A stretch of DNA of 64,000 bases from assembly GCF_003991155.1 (NCBI RefSeq), contig NZ_CP031293.1. One strand, 5' to 3'. This DNA is from Escherichia coli. Its GTDB lineage: Bacteria; Pseudomonadota; Gammaproteobacteria; Enterobacterales; Enterobacteriaceae. Under the pieces are notes generated by a model that saw only the letters and a program-made list of their open reading frames with translations, did no database searches and was not told where the DNA came from. This document shows positions 11,907 to 23,172 of the stretch, piece by piece (position 1 is the first letter of the stretch; each line of letters opens with the position of its first letter). The position numbers and the translations under genes were made by a program.

Positions 11907-13340
11907 TTACAGCATGTTCCAGCCGATCAGCATATTCCACCACCACACGCCGAGGGTGATATGCACCAGGAAGGTTAATATCGTCAGTACCGCACCGACC
12001 AACCACCAGGATTTAATATCGTTGTAACCCACGCCAAAGATGACCGGACCTGCCGCGCCGCCATAGTGAGTAACCATGCCGCCATAGGAGTTAGAGAACA
12101 ACAGTGCCAGCGCGGTTAACATTAACGGTGCGCCGGAGACATTCGCCAGCATGGCAAATACCGGTAACATGGCAACGATATAGGCACTACCGGAAGCGAA
12201 GAAATAACGCACGATGATGCTGAGGAAAATAATAACGAAGAAAGCAACGTTACCGTGACCATCAAATGCCAGGTTATTTTTAAAGACTTCAGCTAACCAT
12301 TCGAAGAATTTAACTTTCGATAATAAGGAGCTTAAGCCGATAATACCGCCGTACCAGATTAAGGTATTCCAGCCGCCTTTATTTTTAACCACGTCTTCCC
12401 AGGTAACGATGCCCAGCAGCAGCATAGTTGCCATAACAACGATTGCCACGGTGGATTCATCAACCCCCAGAGACTTACTGAAAATCCAGCCCAGCAGCGC
12501 CAGCACAAAGACACCGAGCAGCATTTTTTCGCGGATTTTCATCGGTCCCAGTTCGGCAAGGCCCGCTTTAGCGATGGTTTTGTTATCCACCTTCTTAATT
12601 TCTGGTGGATACATGGTGTAAATCACCAGCGGGGTGACCAGCAGCATAATGATGCCAGGCAATCCGGCGGCCAGCGCCCATCCACCCCAGCTAATTTGCA
12701 GGTGCAGAATGTCGTTGATCATTTTCAGCGCCAGAATGTTCCCCGCCATTGCGGTAAAGAACATATAGCTGGTGGTTTTGGTGACCATGTAAATGGACAT
12801 CATCAGGTAATGTCCGACACGACGCGGACTTTTTTCCGGTTCTGACCCCAAAGCCACCGCCACGCTGTTGATGATCGGTAACACAATGCCGCCCGCACGC
12901 GCGGTGTTAGACGGTGTTGCCGGAGCCAGTACCAGATCGAGAAATACCGTAACGTAACCCAGACCCAGGGTAGTGCTACCAATTTTACCAATCAGCAAAT
13001 AGGCAATACGTTTACCTAAGCCGGTGGTCACAAATGCGGCGCTTAAGGTAAACGCCGAGAACACCAGCCAGGTGGTACCGGAAGAGTAACCGCTTAATAC
13101 AGCGGTGGTTTTAAATTCCCCACCTGATAAGTTACCCACCACTACCATCGATGCGGCGACGGCAATTAACAGTACGACAGGTTCCGGGAAAGGCTTGATA
13201 ACCAGCCCCACAATGGCCGCCAGGTAAATACCAAAAAGCACCCACGCCAGTTCGCTTAATCCTGCTGGAGCTGGCATAAAGCCAATAATACATGGGATTG
13301 CTAATATCAGAATTAGCTTCCATAACGATTTCTTATTCAT
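11907..13340 (-). CDS. ybhI: DASS-family (divalent anion:Na+ symporter-like) transporter
   Basis: 477 aa highly hydrophobic polytopic protein, CitT/DASS-like. Confidence 0.85.
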   Translation of the reverse strand: MNKKSLWKLILILAIPCIIGFMPAPAGLSELAWVLFGIYLAAIVGLVIKPFPEPVVLLIAVAASMVVVGNLSGGEFKTTAVLSGYSSGTTWLVFSAFTLSAAFVTTGLGKRIAYLLIGKIGSTTLGLGYVTVFLDLVLAPATPSNTARAGGIVLPIINSVAVALGSEPEKSPRRVGHYLMMSIYMVTKTTSYMFFTAMAGNILALKMINDILHLQISWGGWALAAGLPGIIMLLVTPLVIYTMYPPEIKKVDNKTIAKAGLAELGPMKIREKMLLGVFVLALLGWIFSKSLGVDESTVAIVVMATMLLLGIVTWEDVVKNKGGWNTLIWYGGIIGLSSLLSKVKFFEWLAEVFKNNLAFDGHGNVAFFVIIFLSIIVRYFFASGSAYIVAMLPVFAMLANVSGAPLMLTALALLFSNSYGGMVTHYGGAAGPVIFGVGYNDIKSWWLVGAVLTILTFLVHITLGVWWWNMLIGWNML

Positions 13341-13415
13341 TTAATATCCTGTTCTTTCTGTATGACTCATACAGAATTCCTTTATTGATTGTCATTATCA
13401 CGACAACAAAATTTT

Positions 13416-14468
13416 TCAGGGAAGATAAACTTCACCGGAAAATATTTTTCTGGTCGTCCGAATAACAGATGCGCGTAACGTCGTGGCATCCTGACCTTCA
13501 TTACTTAAATGAACGTCGAGCGCACCACTGGGGTGTTCAATATTGATATTGCCGTATCCTACAGAAGGGACGATTTGTCGGGTGACGGTGCCTTCCAATG
13601 CACAACTACTGGAAATAGCAATAGCACCGGTTATCGCCAAAGCGCGATGGCAAGAATGCGGCATAAAATAACGCACATTAATTGCCCCGCCTTTCTGCGC
13701 TGGAGAAATAAGTACAGGTTTAGGGATAACCATATTACTGACATCGCCTAAGCCCATTGCTTTACCCGCTTGTAGACGGATAGATTCAATGCGGGCTAAT
13801 AATGCTTTGTCGGCATCCAGCTCTGCCGGTAATTCATAGCCTGTTTTTCCCAGATATTCAGCAGGAATAATGACAATTGGCATCGCCATATCGATACAGG
13901 TCACCGGGACATCGTCAAAATAATCAATCTGATTATCTGTCGGGAAGACTTTTCCGGTTTTCGTTCCGGCGGCATTCAGGAAAGTGAGCGCAACCGGTGC
14001 GGCAGTACCCGGTACGCCGTCAATTCTGGCGCTACCCTCGTACTCGACAACACCATTTGGCGTTTGCACATCAGCTTCGATGAACGTACCCGTATTGACG
14101 TTGCGGATACGTACGCGGGTAACTGGCGAAGTCGCTGCAATCAAACCATTTTCAATGGCGAATGCCCCAACGCCAGACAGCATATTGCCGCAGTTAGGCG
14201 TGGTATCGACACGTTGCTCATGGACGATAACTTGAGCAAACAGATAATCGACATCTGCATGCGGATCGCTGGAGCGGCTAATAATGGCGACTTTACTGGT
14301 CAGCGGATTACCGCCGCCAATACCGTCAATTTCCAGATCGTTACCGGAACCCATAATTGCCATCAATATTTTATCGCGCTGCGTTTGATCTTCGGGTAGA
14401 TGTTCCGCTAACAGGAACGCGCCCCTCGAGGTTCCACCTCGCATCATCACGCAGGGTATTTTTTTCAT
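13416..14468 (-). CDS. ybhH: PrpF/AcnD-accessory-like isomerase family protein
   Basis: 350-aa translation; PrpF-like (diaminopimelate epimerase fold) family by sequence recall. Confidence 0.8.
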   Translation of the reverse strand: MKKIPCVMMRGGTSRGAFLLAEHLPEDQTQRDKILMAIMGSGNDLEIDGIGGGNPLTSKVAIISRSSDPHADVDYLFAQVIVHEQRVDTTPNCGNMLSGVGAFAIENGLIAATSPVTRVRIRNVNTGTFIEADVQTPNGVVEYEGSARIDGVPGTAAPVALTFLNAAGTKTGKVFPTDNQIDYFDDVPVTCIDMAMPIVIIPAEYLGKTGYELPAELDADKALLARIESIRLQAGKAMGLGDVSNMVIPKPVLISPAQKGGAINVRYFMPHSCHRALAITGAIAISSSCALEGTVTRQIVPSVGYGNINIEHPSGALDVHLSNEGQDATTLRASVIRTTRKIFSGEVYLP

Positions 14469-14651
14469 AATAATGCCCTCAATTTAAAAACATAACTTAT
14501 TGCGATATGGTTACATTAAGGGCAAAGCATCTCTAATGACTTTAGCTCAACGATTAATAACATTTTTTCATTAATTTAAGTTGGTTAAATGCAGTTAAAA
14601 TTTTTAACGGTCAGCCACCCAAAATCGACGCTTCCATTTTCCGGAGTAATA

Positions 14652-15605
14652 ATGAAGCATGAATTATCAAGTATGAAGGCATTTGTCATACTGGCAGAGT
14701 CCAGTTCATTTAACAATGCTGCTAAATTACTCAATATTACGCAACCTGCATTAACGCGAAGAATAAAAAAGATGGAGGAAGATTTACATATCCAACTATT
14801 TGAGCGTACAACTCGCAAGGTTACGTTAACAAAAGCAGGAAAAAGATTGCTCCCGGAGGCGCGGGAATTAATAAAGAAATTCGATGAAACGATTTTTAAT
14901 ATTCGTGATATGAATGCTTATCATCGTGGTATGGTGACATTAGCGTGTATTCCGACCGCAGTATTTTATTTTTTACCGCTGGCAATCGGTAAATTTAATG
15001 AGCTGTATCCCAATATTAAAGTGCGGATTCTGGAACAAGGCACGAATAATTGCATGGAATCGGTGCTGTGTAACGAATCAGACTTTGGCATAAACATGAA
15101 CAACGTCACAAATTCATCCATCGATTTTACCCCACTGGTCAACGAGCCGTTCGTGCTGGCCTGTCGGCGTGACCATCCATTGGCCAAAAAGCAGCTTGTA
15201 GAATGGCAGGAGTTAGTGGGTTACAAAATGATTGGCGTACGCTCCTCCAGCGGCAACCGACTGTTGATAGAACAACAGCTAGCCGACAAGCCCTGGAAGC
15301 TGGACTGGTTTTACGAAGTGCGTCATCTTTCGACGTCATTAGGACTGGTGGAGGCAGGACTGGGGATTTCGGCGCTTCCAGGCCTGGCAATGCCCCATGC
15401 GCCCTATTCTTCGATTATTGGTATCCCACTGGTGGAACCCGTTATACGTCGGACATTGGGGATTATTCGCCGCAAAGATGCCGTGCTTTCTCCGGCAGCT
15501 GAACGCTTTTTTGCCTTGCTGATTAATTTGTGGACTGACGATAAAGACAATTTGTGGACCAATATCGTCGAACGCCAGAGACATGCGTTACAGGAGATAG
15601 GTTAA
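14652..15605 (+). CDS. ybhD: LysR-family transcriptional regulator
   Basis: N-terminal HTH (AAKLLNITQPALTRRIKKMEEDL); start set at ATG 14652 (MKHELSS); divergent from ybhH. Confidence 0.8.
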   Translation: MKHELSSMKAFVILAESSSFNNAAKLLNITQPALTRRIKKMEEDLHIQLFERTTRKVTLTKAGKRLLPEARELIKKFDETIFNIRDMNAYHRGMVTLACIPTAVFYFLPLAIGKFNELYPNIKVRILEQGTNNCMESVLCNESDFGINMNNVTNSSIDFTPLVNEPFVLACRRDHPLAKKQLVEWQELVGYKMIGVRSSSGNRLLIEQQLADKPWKLDWFYEVRHLSTSLGLVEAGLGISALPGLAMPHAPYSSIIGIPLVEPVIRRTLGIIRRKDAVLSPAAERFFALLINLWTDDKDNLWTNIVERQRHALQEIG

Positions 15606-15645
15606 TACACCGGCGCAGGAGAGACTGCGCCGGGTAAATCAGCGG

Positions 15646-16677
<1,032 letters not shown>

Positions 16678-16795
16678 CTAAAATTAGTCGCTTTTGGCGG
16701 TGAATGCTGAATTAAAACGCAGAATTTTGTCCGATAGTGGTATCGGTGTACCATTCGCGCAGACGAAAATTCTTAACCTTAATCTGGAATACGCC

Positions 16796-17614
16796 ATGAC
16801 CACACGCGTGATTGCTCTCGACTTAGACGGCACCTTATTGACCCCGAAAAAGACCCTGCTTCCTTCATCGATAGAAGCCCTGGCCCGTGCTCGCGAAGCA
16901 GGCTATCGATTAATCATCGTCACAGGTCGCCATCACGTCGCTATTCATCCTTTTTATCAGGCGCTGGCGCTGGATACACCTGCTATTTGCTGTAATGGCA
17001 CCTATTTGTATGATTATCATGCAAAAACCGTGCTGGAAGCGGACCCAATGCCCGTTAATAAAGCCCTGCAACTCATTGAGATGCTGAATGAACACCACAT
17101 TCACGGTCTGATGTATGTCGATGATGCAATGGTCTATGAGCACCCGACCGGGCATGTCATTCGCACGTCTAACTGGGCGCAAACCCTGCCGCCGGAACAG
17201 CGTCCGACTTTCACACAAGTCGCTTCTCTGGCTGAAACGGCGCAACAAGTTAACGCCGTATGGAAGTTCGCCCTGACGCACGATGACCTGCCGCAATTGC
17301 AGCATTTTGGTAAGCATGTCGAACATGAACTGGGACTGGAGTGTGAATGGTCCTGGCACGATCAGGTTGATATTGCACGCGGCGGCAACAGCAAAGGTAA
17401 ACGTTTGACGAAATGGGTTGAGGCACAAGGTTGGTCGATGGAAAACGTCGTGGCATTCGGCGATAACTTTAATGATATCAGTATGCTGGAAGCCGCTGGT
17501 ACAGGCGTGGCGATGGGCAACGCCGATGACGCGGTAAAAGCGCGCGCCAACATTGTGATTGGTGATAACACCACCGACAGCATTGCCCAGTTCATTTATA
17601 GCCACCTGATTTAA
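16796..17614 (+). CDS. ybhA: HAD-superfamily phosphatase (pyridoxal phosphate phosphatase-like)
   Basis: ATG 16796 MTTRVIALDLDGTLL (HAD motif I DxD); 272 aa. Confidence 0.85.
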   Translation: MTTRVIALDLDGTLLTPKKTLLPSSIEALARAREAGYRLIIVTGRHHVAIHPFYQALALDTPAICCNGTYLYDYHAKTVLEADPMPVNKALQLIEMLNEHHIHGLMYVDDAMVYEHPTGHVIRTSNWAQTLPPEQRPTFTQVASLAETAQQVNAVWKFALTHDDLPQLQHFGKHVEHELGLECEWSWHDQVDIARGGNSKGKRLTKWVEAQGWSMENVVAFGDNFNDISMLEAAGTGVAMGNADDAVKARANIVIGDNTTDSIAQFIYSHLI

Positions 17615-18673
17615 TCAGGCGGTTATCGACACACTTTTAATTTGCGCGTACAGCCACAGGCCTGGTTTGATCGCCAGTTCATCCCTGGCCCACGGGCTGA
17701 TACGCGCCCACAGCGTTTTACCGCCGACTTCCAGCTCCACTTCCACCTGGCCGTTGTCGTCATAACTATTAACAACTTTTGCCCGCAATACGTTACGAAT
17801 GCTGGTTTGCTGCGGCGGTTGTAAAACCAGAGAAACATCGGAAGCCTGAATGCGGATACGTAGCGCAGCTTGCAGCGGTTCGTCCAGCTTATTGACCCAC
17901 AAATGCTGATCGCCCAGCGCCAGCGCGGTCATCGCGTAATGCGGATGATGCTCAAGCACCGTCACTTTCAGAATGCTACTTTGTTGCTCTTTCGGCAGCC
18001 ACGGATTCATCACGCTACTGCCCCACACTTCTTCCAGCGCGCCAAAGGCTTTCACCTGACCGTTTTCCAGTACCATCACTCTGTCTGCCAGATGGAGGAT
18101 CTCATCCAGCGAATGGCTGACATACAACATCGGAATGTTGATTTCCCGCGTCAGACGTTGCAGATAAGGCAACAGTTCGCGTTTACGCGGAATATCCAGT
18201 GACGCCAGCGGTTCATCCAGCAACAGCAATTCCGGTGCTGTCAGCAAAGCCCGACCAATCGCCACGCGCTGTTTTTCGCCTCCGGACAGGCTGCCTGGTA
18301 AACGATCAAGCAACGGTTCAATGCCTAAAAGCGCCACCAGCTTATCGAACTGATCGACCATGCTTTTCGCCATGCCGTAGCGCAGATTGCCACGCACTTT
18401 GTAATGCGAGAACAGCCGCGCATCCTGAAACACATAGCCTACGCGACGCTTTTCTGGCGTCAGGCAGATACCTTTATCGGCGTCATTTAGTACCCGACCA
18501 TTGAGGACAATCCGCCCTTTTTGCGGGCGCGTCAGCCCACTGATGGCGTTAATCAGCGAGGTTTTTCCGGCACCAGAGACACCAAAAATAGCGGTGATGC
18601 CATTGGCGGGCAGCGTTTCATTAATCGTCAGGCAATGGTTGCCCAACGTCTGGGAAAAATTCAGTTCCAGCAT
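17615..18673 (-). CDS. modC: Molybdate ABC transporter ATP-binding protein
   Basis: 352 aa; Walker [13 protein letters not shown] signature LSGGEKQR. Confidence 0.93.
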   Translation of the reverse strand: MLELNFSQTLGNHCLTINETLPANGITAIFGVSGAGKTSLINAISGLTRPQKGRIVLNGRVLNDADKGICLTPEKRRVGYVFQDARLFSHYKVRGNLRYGMAKSMVDQFDKLVALLGIEPLLDRLPGSLSGGEKQRVAIGRALLTAPELLLLDEPLASLDIPRKRELLPYLQRLTREINIPMLYVSHSLDEILHLADRVMVLENGQVKAFGALEEVWGSSVMNPWLPKEQQSSILKVTVLEHHPHYAMTALALGDQHLWVNKLDEPLQAALRIRIQASDVSLVLQPPQQTSIRNVLRAKVVNSYDDNGQVEVELEVGGKTLWARISPWARDELAIKPGLWLYAQIKSVSITA

Positions 18674-18675
18674 GA

Positions 18676-19365
18676 TTAGCGCCCCGCCCGTTCACGGCTG
18701 ATTCTGGCCAGCCATTCTGAAATCAACAGGGAGATCATCGCCAGCGCAATAGAAATAATACACAGTCTCGCCGCGCCACTTTCCCCACCTGGGGTCTGGA
18801 TCAGGGTATACATAGCAGAAGGAATGGTTCGCGTTTCACCAGGAATGTTCGACACAAAGGTGATGGTTGCGCCAAATTCACCGAGCGAACGAGCGAATGC
18901 CAGTACCGTACCAACAATAATTCCCGGCAACGTCAGCGGTAAGGTAATAGTGAAGAAGACACGCCAGCGCCCGGCACCCAACGTTCTTGCGGCCTGCTCC
19001 AGTTTGATATCAACACCTTCCAGCGCCAGACGAATCGCCCGCACCATCAGCGGAAAAGACATGACAGCGGCAGCGAGAACCGCACCACGCCAGCTAAACG
19101 CGAAAGAAAGACCAAACCAGTCATACAGACGTTCACCGATAAATCCGCGCCGTCCCATCGAAACTAATAATAGGTAACCGACGACCACGGGCGGTAACAC
19201 CAGCGGTAGATGCAGTACGCTGTCGAGCAGAGCTTTGCCCGGAAACGTGCAACGCACCAGTAACCAGGCAAAAAAGATCCCAAACGGCAGGCTAAGCAGC
19301 ACAGCCAGGGAAGAAACTTTCAGGCTTAGTAAAACCGCCTGCCATTCTGGATCGGTCAGTATCAT
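18676..19365 (-). CDS. modB: Molybdate ABC transporter permease
   Basis: 229-aa membrane protein with ABC permease EAA-like loop; tight spacing with modA/modC. Confidence 0.93.
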   Translation of the reverse strand: MILTDPEWQAVLLSLKVSSLAVLLSLPFGIFFAWLLVRCTFPGKALLDSVLHLPLVLPPVVVGYLLLVSMGRRGFIGERLYDWFGLSFAFSWRGAVLAAAVMSFPLMVRAIRLALEGVDIKLEQAARTLGAGRWRVFFTITLPLTLPGIIVGTVLAFARSLGEFGATITFVSNIPGETRTIPSAMYTLIQTPGGESGAARLCIISIALAMISLLISEWLARISRERAGR

Positions 19366-20138
19366 TACTTGGTTGTAAATCCGTAACGTTTAAAGATTTC
19401 CGCTGCCTGCGGTCCCTTCAGATAATCATAAAATGCTTTCACTGTCGCATTATTATGCCCTTCCACAACAGCAACCGGATATTCCACTTTTTTATGTGAA
19501 TCTTCCGGGAAGGTGGCAACCACTTTTACCCCTTTGCTGGCAACTGCGTCAGAACCGTAAACAATACCCAGCGGCGCTTCATTGCGTTCGACCAACGCCA
19601 GCGCGCCACGAACATCTTCCGCCGGAGCCAGTTTCGGGGAGAGCGTATCCCATGCGCCCAGTTTTTGCAGTGCTTCTTTCGCATAAATGCCAGCAGGGAC
19701 ATGTTCCGGATCACCAACCGCGAGGCGACCGCCATTCAGCAGCGAAGTCCAGTTGGTTTTGCTGTCGATGGTGAAATCTTTCTGCTCGCTGGCTTTCGGT
19801 GCTACAACGACCAGGCTATTGCCGAGCAGTGTCTGGCGCGAAGCCGTATCGATCGCTTTTTTATCAACCGCATAATCCATCCATTTCTGATCGGCAGAAA
19901 TAAACAGATCCGCAGGCGCACCCGCTTCAATCTGACGGGCCAAAGTAGATGACGAAGCGAAAGAAGAAACCACATCCACGCCTTTCTCTTTTTTATACTG
20001 CGTAGCAATGTCCTGCATTGCGTTAGTCAGTGATGCGGCGGCGAACACCGTGATTTTCCCTTCATCTGCCAGTGCATTGCCAGCAACAGCGAAAGAGAGT
20101 GCCGCCCCGGTAAACAAGTTCAACCATTTACGAGCCAT
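19365..20138 (-). CDS. modA: Molybdate-binding periplasmic protein
   Basis: 257 aa with signal peptide MARKWLNLFTGAALSFAVAGNALA. Confidence 0.93.
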   Translation of the reverse strand: MARKWLNLFTGAALSFAVAGNALADEGKITVFAAASLTNAMQDIATQYKKEKGVDVVSSFASSSTLARQIEAGAPADLFISADQKWMDYAVDKKAIDTASRQTLLGNSLVVVAPKASEQKDFTIDSKTNWTSLLNGGRLAVGDPEHVPAGIYAKEALQKLGAWDTLSPKLAPAEDVRGALALVERNEAPLGIVYGSDAVASKGVKVVATFPEDSHKKVEYPVAVVEGHNNATVKAFYDYLKGPQAAEIFKRYGFTTK

Positions 20139-20149
20139 TGGTAACCCCT

Positions 20150-20182
20150 TAATCTAACGTTATGTAGGCGTCAATATAACGG
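20150..20182 (-). promoter_or_regulatory. modABC operator (ModE-molybdate binding site)
   Basis: Reverse complement reads cgTTATATtgacgccTACATaacg, matching the TATAT-N7-TAYAT ModE consensus immediately upstream of modA. Confidence 0.6.
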
Positions 20183-20304
20183 CAAGTTCGGAATTTTCCC
20201 AGCAGTTATTGCTAACCTTTGTGAGGTAGATGAGAAAAAATATCGGCAGGAAAAGCAGGAAGTTGAGAAAAAGAAAATGCCCGACTAAGCGGGCATTCAG
20301 GGAA

Positions 20305-20472
<168 letters not shown>

Positions 20473-20582
20473 TCATGAGACTATTCTAACCGCTAAGCAC
20501 AGAAAAGCACTCCCCTTTTGTGCGGTCAGCTTTGCGTGGCGTTCGTTTTCCGTCACAATAAGACTTTTGCCAGGACATTGTT

Positions 20583-21371
20583 ATGCAGGCCGAAATCCTT
20601 CTCACCCTTAAGCTCCAACAAAAATTATTCGCCGACCCGCGCCGCATTTCGCTACTAAAACACATTGCGCTTTCCGGTTCCATTAGCCAGGGAGCGAAAG
20701 ATGCCGGTATCAGCTATAAAAGCGCCTGGGATGCCATTAACGAGATGAATCAGTTAAGTGAGCATATTCTGGTTGAGCGCGCAACAGGCGGTAAAGGTGG
20801 CGGCGGCGCAGTACTGACCCGCTATGGTCAGCGACTGATTCAGCTCTATGACTTACTGGCGCAAATCCAGCAAAAAGCCTTTGATGTGTTAAGTGACGAT
20901 GACGCCCTGCCGCTGAACAGCCTGCTGGCCGCGATCTCACGTTTTTCACTGCAAACCAGCGCCCGTAACCAGTGGTTCGGTACCATCACCGCCCGCGATC
21001 ATGATGACGTTCAACAGCATGTTGATGTCTTACTGGCTGATGGAAAAACACGCCTGAAAGTCGCAATTACCGCACAAAGCGGCGCACGTCTGGGGCTGGA
21101 TGAAGGCAAAGAAGTGTTGATATTGCTAAAAGCGCCGTGGGTAGGGATTACTCAGGACGAGGCGGTCGCGCAAAACGCTGACAACCAATTACCGGGTATT
21201 ATTAGTCATATTGAGCGCGGCGCAGAGCAGTGCGAAGTATTAATGGCGCTACCCGACGGGCAAACACTGTGCGCCACAGTGCCGGTAAATGAAGCGACTT
21301 CTCTTCAGCAAGGACAGAATGTCACGGCCTACTTTAATGCCGACAGCGTGATTATCGCCACGCTGTGCTAA
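20583..21371 (+). CDS. modE: Molybdate-responsive transcriptional regulator
   Basis: 262 aa; N-terminal HTH and C-terminal tandem Mop domains; divergent from modABC. Confidence 0.9.
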   Translation: MQAEILLTLKLQQKLFADPRRISLLKHIALSGSISQGAKDAGISYKSAWDAINEMNQLSEHILVERATGGKGGGGAVLTRYGQRLIQLYDLLAQIQQKAFDVLSDDDALPLNSLLAAISRFSLQTSARNQWFGTITARDHDDVQQHVDVLLADGKTRLKVAITAQSGARLGLDEGKEVLILLKAPWVGITQDEAVAQNADNQLPGIISHIERGAEQCEVLMALPDGQTLCATVPVNEATSLQQGQNVTAYFNADSVIIATLC

Positions 21372-21438
21372 GCGTGTTGACAATTTGTTATGAAACACGT
21401 ATCCCTGTCAGTAATCGCTGCACAAAATGGGATATAAA

Positions 21439-22911
21439 ATGTCATCGTTGCAAATTTTGCAAGGCACGTTTCGTCTTGGCGACACAAAAACGCTGCAATT
21501 GCCTCAGCTAACGTTAAACGCGGGTGATAGTTGGGCGTTTGTCGGTTCGAATGGAAGCGGGAAATCGGCGCTGGCCCGCGCGCTGGCAGGTGAACTTCCG
21601 CTTTTGAAAGGTGAACGGCAAAGCCAGTTTTCCCACATCACTCGTCTCTCCTTCGAGCAATTGCAAAAGCTCGTCAGCGACGAATGGCAGCGGAATAACA
21701 CCGATATGCTTAGTCCTGGCGAAGATGACACCGGGCGTACCACGGCTGAGATCATTCAGGATGAAGTAAAGGATACTCCGCGTTGCATGCAACTGGCGCA
21801 GCAGTTCGGTATTACCGCCCTCCTCGACCGACGCTTTAAATACCTTTCCACTGGCGAGACGCGAAAAACCCTGCTGTGTCAGGCGCTGATGTCGGAGCCT
21901 GACTTGTTGATCCTTGATGAACCGTTCGATGGCCTGGATGTTGCCTCACGTCAGCAGCTGGCTGAGCTACTCGCCTCGTTACATCAGTCCGGTATTACTC
22001 TGGTACTGGTGCTCAATCGCTTCGATGAGATCCCGGAATTTGTCCAGTTTGCTGGCGTGCTGGCGGATTGCACGTTAGCGGAAACTGGCGCTAAAGAAGA
22101 ACTGCTCCAACAAGCACTCGTTGCGCAACTGGCGCATAGCGAACTGCTTGAAGGTGTGCAAATGCCGGAGCCGGATGAACCTTCAGCACGTCACGCCTTA
22201 CCCGCCAACGAACCGCGCATTGTGCTGAACAATGGCGTGGTTTCTTATAACGAACGCCCCATTCTTAATAACCTTAGCTGGCAGGTGAATCCAGGCGAAC
22301 ACTGGCAAATTGTCGGGCCAAATGGCGCGGGAAAATCGACGTTATTAAGCCTGATTACTGGCGATCATCCGCAAGGTTACAGCAACGATTTGACGCTTTT
22401 CGGACGACGTCGCGGCAGCGGCGAAACCATCTGGGATATCAAAAAGCATATCGGTTACGTCAGCAGTAGTTTGCATCTGGATTACCGGGTCAGCACTACT
22501 GTGCGTAATGTGATTCTTTCTGGCTATTTTGATTCGATTGGCATTTATCAGGCCGTTTCGGATCGCCAGCAAAAACTGGTGCAGCAGTGGCTGGATATTC
22601 TCGGCATTGATAAACGCACGGCTGACGCTCCGTTCCATAGTCTTTCCTGGGGACAGCAGCGTCTGGCGCTGATCGTCCGCGCGCTGGTGAAACATCCGAC
22701 GTTGCTTATTCTCGATGAACCACTACAGGGGCTGGACCCGCTCAATCGCCAGCTTATCCGCCGTTTTGTTGATGTGCTGATTAGCGAAGGTGAAACGCAA
22801 TTGTTGTTTGTTTCGCACCACGCTGAAGATGCGCCTGCCTGTATTACCCATCGTCTTGAGTTCGTGCCGGACGGTGACTTTTATCGCTATGCGCTGACAA
22901 AAATTAACTGA
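21439..22911 (+). CDS. modF: ABC-type ATPase with two nucleotide-binding domains
   Basis: Two Walker A sites (GSNGSGKS, GPNGAGKS); start at ATG 21439 (MSSLQILQG). Confidence 0.88.
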   Translation: MSSLQILQGTFRLGDTKTLQLPQLTLNAGDSWAFVGSNGSGKSALARALAGELPLLKGERQSQFSHITRLSFEQLQKLVSDEWQRNNTDMLSPGEDDTGRTTAEIIQDEVKDTPRCMQLAQQFGITALLDRRFKYLSTGETRKTLLCQALMSEPDLLILDEPFDGLDVASRQQLAELLASLHQSGITLVLVLNRFDEIPEFVQFAGVLADCTLAETGAKEELLQQALVAQLAHSELLEGVQMPEPDEPSARHALPANEPRIVLNNGVVSYNERPILNNLSWQVNPGEHWQIVGPNGAGKSTLLSLITGDHPQGYSNDLTLFGRRRGSGETIWDIKKHIGYVSSSLHLDYRVSTTVRNVILSGYFDSIGIYQAVSDRQQKLVQQWLDILGIDKRTADAPFHSLSWGQQRLALIVRALVKHPTLLILDEPLQGLDPLNRQLIRRFVDVLISEGETQLLFVSHHAEDAPACITHRLEFVPDGDFYRYALTKIN

Positions 22912-23078
22912 GTCGGTAATGCTGACTGTACCGGAGGCGGCCTAAGCGCCCTCTCCGGCCTACAGTTCGACGCATGCAGGCATGAAACCGCGTCTTTTTT
23001 TCAGATAAAAAGCGCAATCATTCATAAACCCTCTGTTTTATAATCACTTAATCGCGCATAAAAAACGGCTAAATTCTT

Positions 23079-23094
23079 GTGTAAACGATTCCAC
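23079..23094 (+). promoter_or_regulatory. gal operator OE (GalR/GalS site)
   Basis: gtgtaaacgattccac matches known OE sequence upstream of gal P1/P2. Confidence 0.8.
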
Positions 23095-23172
23095 TAATTT
23101 ATTCCATGTCACACTTTTCGCATCTTTGTTATGCTATGGTTATTTCATACCATAAGCCTAATGGAGCGAATT
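23095..23172 (+). promoter_or_regulatory. gal P1/P2 promoter region
   Basis: Contains ttgttatgctatggttatttcataccataagcc core promoter between OE and galE start. Confidence 0.7.

Noticed and set aside
22912-22990. Possible REP element or terminator after modF (..ccggaggcggcctaagcgccctctccggcctac..)
   Set aside because: Palindromic and REP-like but I could not define a clean stem plus T-run or a full REP consensus; left unannotated.
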